A stretch of 64,000 bases of DNA, from positions 124,001 to 188,000 of the forward strand of contig JAHLWZ010000791.1 in NCBI GenBank assembly GCA_020536535.1, read 5' to 3'. The DNA comes from Pelomyxa schiedti (taxonomy: Eukaryota > Protista > Evosea). Positions within the stretch are counted from its first letter, which is position 1, and the number at the start of each line of letters is the position of its first letter. Positions 62,270-64,000 of this stretch are shown here, piece by piece. Both the position numbers and the translations under genes were made by a program. Under the pieces are notes generated by a model. That model searched no databases, was not told where the DNA came from, and worked only from the letters and a program-made list of their open reading frames with translations.

Positions 62270-63460
62270 TCATTGGAGCAAGGTATGAGCTTTGACGCAA
62301 TTCAGGCTGGTGGAACTGTTGGTCCCCAGTGTCAAAATGTACACGCCAGAAGCGGGGTCAACTAAGTGAATTTTGAGGTCTTCCTCCACAACTATAAAGT
62401 CTCCACATTCCTTCAGTTTGACTTCTTCACTCCAAGTGCTGGGTGGGAGCGTGATCACAGTTGGCTCGCTTCCACTTGTGATGGTTGTAAAGTCCCACGA
62501 CTCACACTTGCCAATCAGTTCTTTCCTCTGTGTGATAAAGAAGTTCTCCATACCAAGCCAATTCGTGGGGTATTTGCACAGAAGCCTCGCTTCACCATTT
62601 TCCATGAGCTCGTATGCAATGTAGTCCTTTATCACAACAACTCGTTTGGAAGCCCAGAAGCAGTACCATGAATCCAGGCCATTGTCCAAAAACTGCTTAG
62701 GAAGCCGTCTAACCACAGTATCCACAGGCACCATCTCGCCTGTCTCAAACGCCCTCTCAATGTCCACCAAGTGGAACGCACACCACCCCGTCCCATACCA
62801 GCTGATATTAAACAGTCCATCACCAACCCACCTCGCGAAGCCAAAGCGCTCCGGCGCAGGCACAACCCCCTCGCCCCATTTCCCCCACCCAACAGGCCTG
62901 AGCCCCCTGCCCTCCGCCAAGGGCTTCAGAACCTCGAACTCGCCATCTCCGCAGTCGCAAGTCACAACGTGTTCCGCCTTCCACGCTATCCAGTTTATGG
63001 GATCCAGGACCCACTTGCCCTGCGCCACGAGGCACCACCCGAGGTTCTTGGTTGTTCCGAGAAGCACGCACTTCTCGCCGGTTTCCACGTTCGCCACTGT
63101 GGAAGTGCCGGCGATATTATCGGCAGAATTCGACGGCAGCTCGAGGCAGTGGCTGGTGTCCATCCACGTGACTGACGGCCTGTAGTCTGTCTCGATGGGC
63201 CACTCCATGAGCCACGGGGTGGCGCCCAGAGTGTGGAGAGACAGACCCACAAGTACGGAGGTGCCGAACCCGCTGCTGTATATCACCGCCGCGCCGCGGG
63301 ACCACCGTTCGGCAAGCTCGATGAACAGTGGGACATTATGGGACGTGAGCGCCGAGGCGGGGCTGTTGCGGCCGCACCTGGGGTGCGACGACATCATTAG
63401 TGCTACGATCTGGTCCCTGAAAGTCACTCGTGGGTCCACAACCCACTCCACACGTTGCAT
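62270..63460 (-). CDS. Intronless hypothetical protein with N-terminal SHPRCG-x-SPA motif and Trp-rich beta domain
   Basis: 396-aa uninterrupted ORF; 'RDQIVALMMSSHPRCGRNSPASAL'. Confidence 0.75.
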   Translation of the reverse strand: MQRVEWVVDPRVTFRDQIVALMMSSHPRCGRNSPASALTSHNVPLFIELAERWSRGAAVIYSSGFGTSVLVGLSLHTLGATPWLMEWPIETDYRPSVTWMDTSHCLELPSNSADNIAGTSTVANVETGEKCVLLGTTKNLGWCLVAQGKWVLDPINWIAWKAEHVVTCDCGDGEFEVLKPLAEGRGLRPVGWGKWGEGVVPAPERFGFARWVGDGLFNISWYGTGWCAFHLVDIERAFETGEMVPVDTVVRRLPKQFLDNGLDSWYCFWASKRVVVIKDYIAYELMENGEARLLCKYPTNWLGMENFFITQRKELIGKCESWDFTTITSGSEPTVITLPPSTWSEEVKLKECGDFIVVEEDLKIHLVDPASGVYILTLGTNSSTSLNCVKAHTLLQ

Positions 63461-64000
63461 CTTCTTCTTTCTTACTTCTTTCCGAGGACCCAGATGTTCT
63501 CAGAAAGGGTCCCAGCAACCACAGGGATTCTCCAATGGGCTATATCGCGCAACTAGATTTGCCCAACGCTGAGCTTGACCCATTGAGCCAATTGGCTGGC
63601 GACAATTGGCTGATTAAAAAAAACACCAGACCGCCGATCCTGAGCCACGATAACGAAAAGTACAGCGTTCCGGTCTGTTGATTATTTTATTCAGCCAATT
63701 GGCTCTGCGCTGCCCATTTGAAGCAGGTGGAGTCTGGTGATCAACCGAGCCTTCCAAAAAAAAGGCGATTGCCAATCTCCACTTTCAAAGGACAAAAGCT
63801 GGTTACAAACACAACAAGATGGGTGAGTTTTTCGTGCGCGATGGGAAACCCATAAGAGTAGTGATGGCTTCGCACAACCGGACGGTTTGTTTTTTTCAAC
63901 TTTTTTTTTTGTTGTTTTTTCATGGCACCTTACTCCCTGCTTTGTTTTTTTTTTTTCCCCCCCGACAACCTAGGAATTCGATTTAACAAAGCAAGTTTTG

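Overview
Gene-dense eukaryotic genomic DNA: about 22 protein-coding genes, short GT-AG introns (mostly 40-120 nt), intergenic gaps often under 500 bp. The gene set and an intronless SHPRCG-motif protein suggest an amoebozoan, probably a Pelomyxa-like archamoeba (inference, not checked against a database). In order: talin-like I/LWEQ 3' end; giant multi-RGS protein; importin-beta; LRR-Roc-COR-kinase (Roco); SPO16/PTD-like ERCC1-fold protein; AP-5 mu; SmF; LSM14; ATG13; a membrane coiled-coil protein; a 4,000-bp decayed hAT-like transposon; a discoidin-domain protein; a tandem double-GTPase protein; REX1-B; BUD23; a bacterial-type GNAT; a strongly structured non-coding segment; a microbial-type PARG; PRP19; a CtBP-like dehydrogenase; a GH27 alpha-galactosidase; a TIG-domain receptor kinase; a small His/Cys-repeat protein; a lineage-specific hypothetical protein. 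Most notable: (1) the Roco LRR region is built from twelve consecutive 84-nt phase-1 exons, one repeat per exon; (2) an IFI44-like GTPase is spliced in frame to a second GTPase; (3) the hAT element has a 5-bp TSD and strong CpG loss; (4) an unassigned multi-helix RNA-like element lies at 45.5-45.9 kb. All gene models were spliced by eye, so some starts and ends are approximate.
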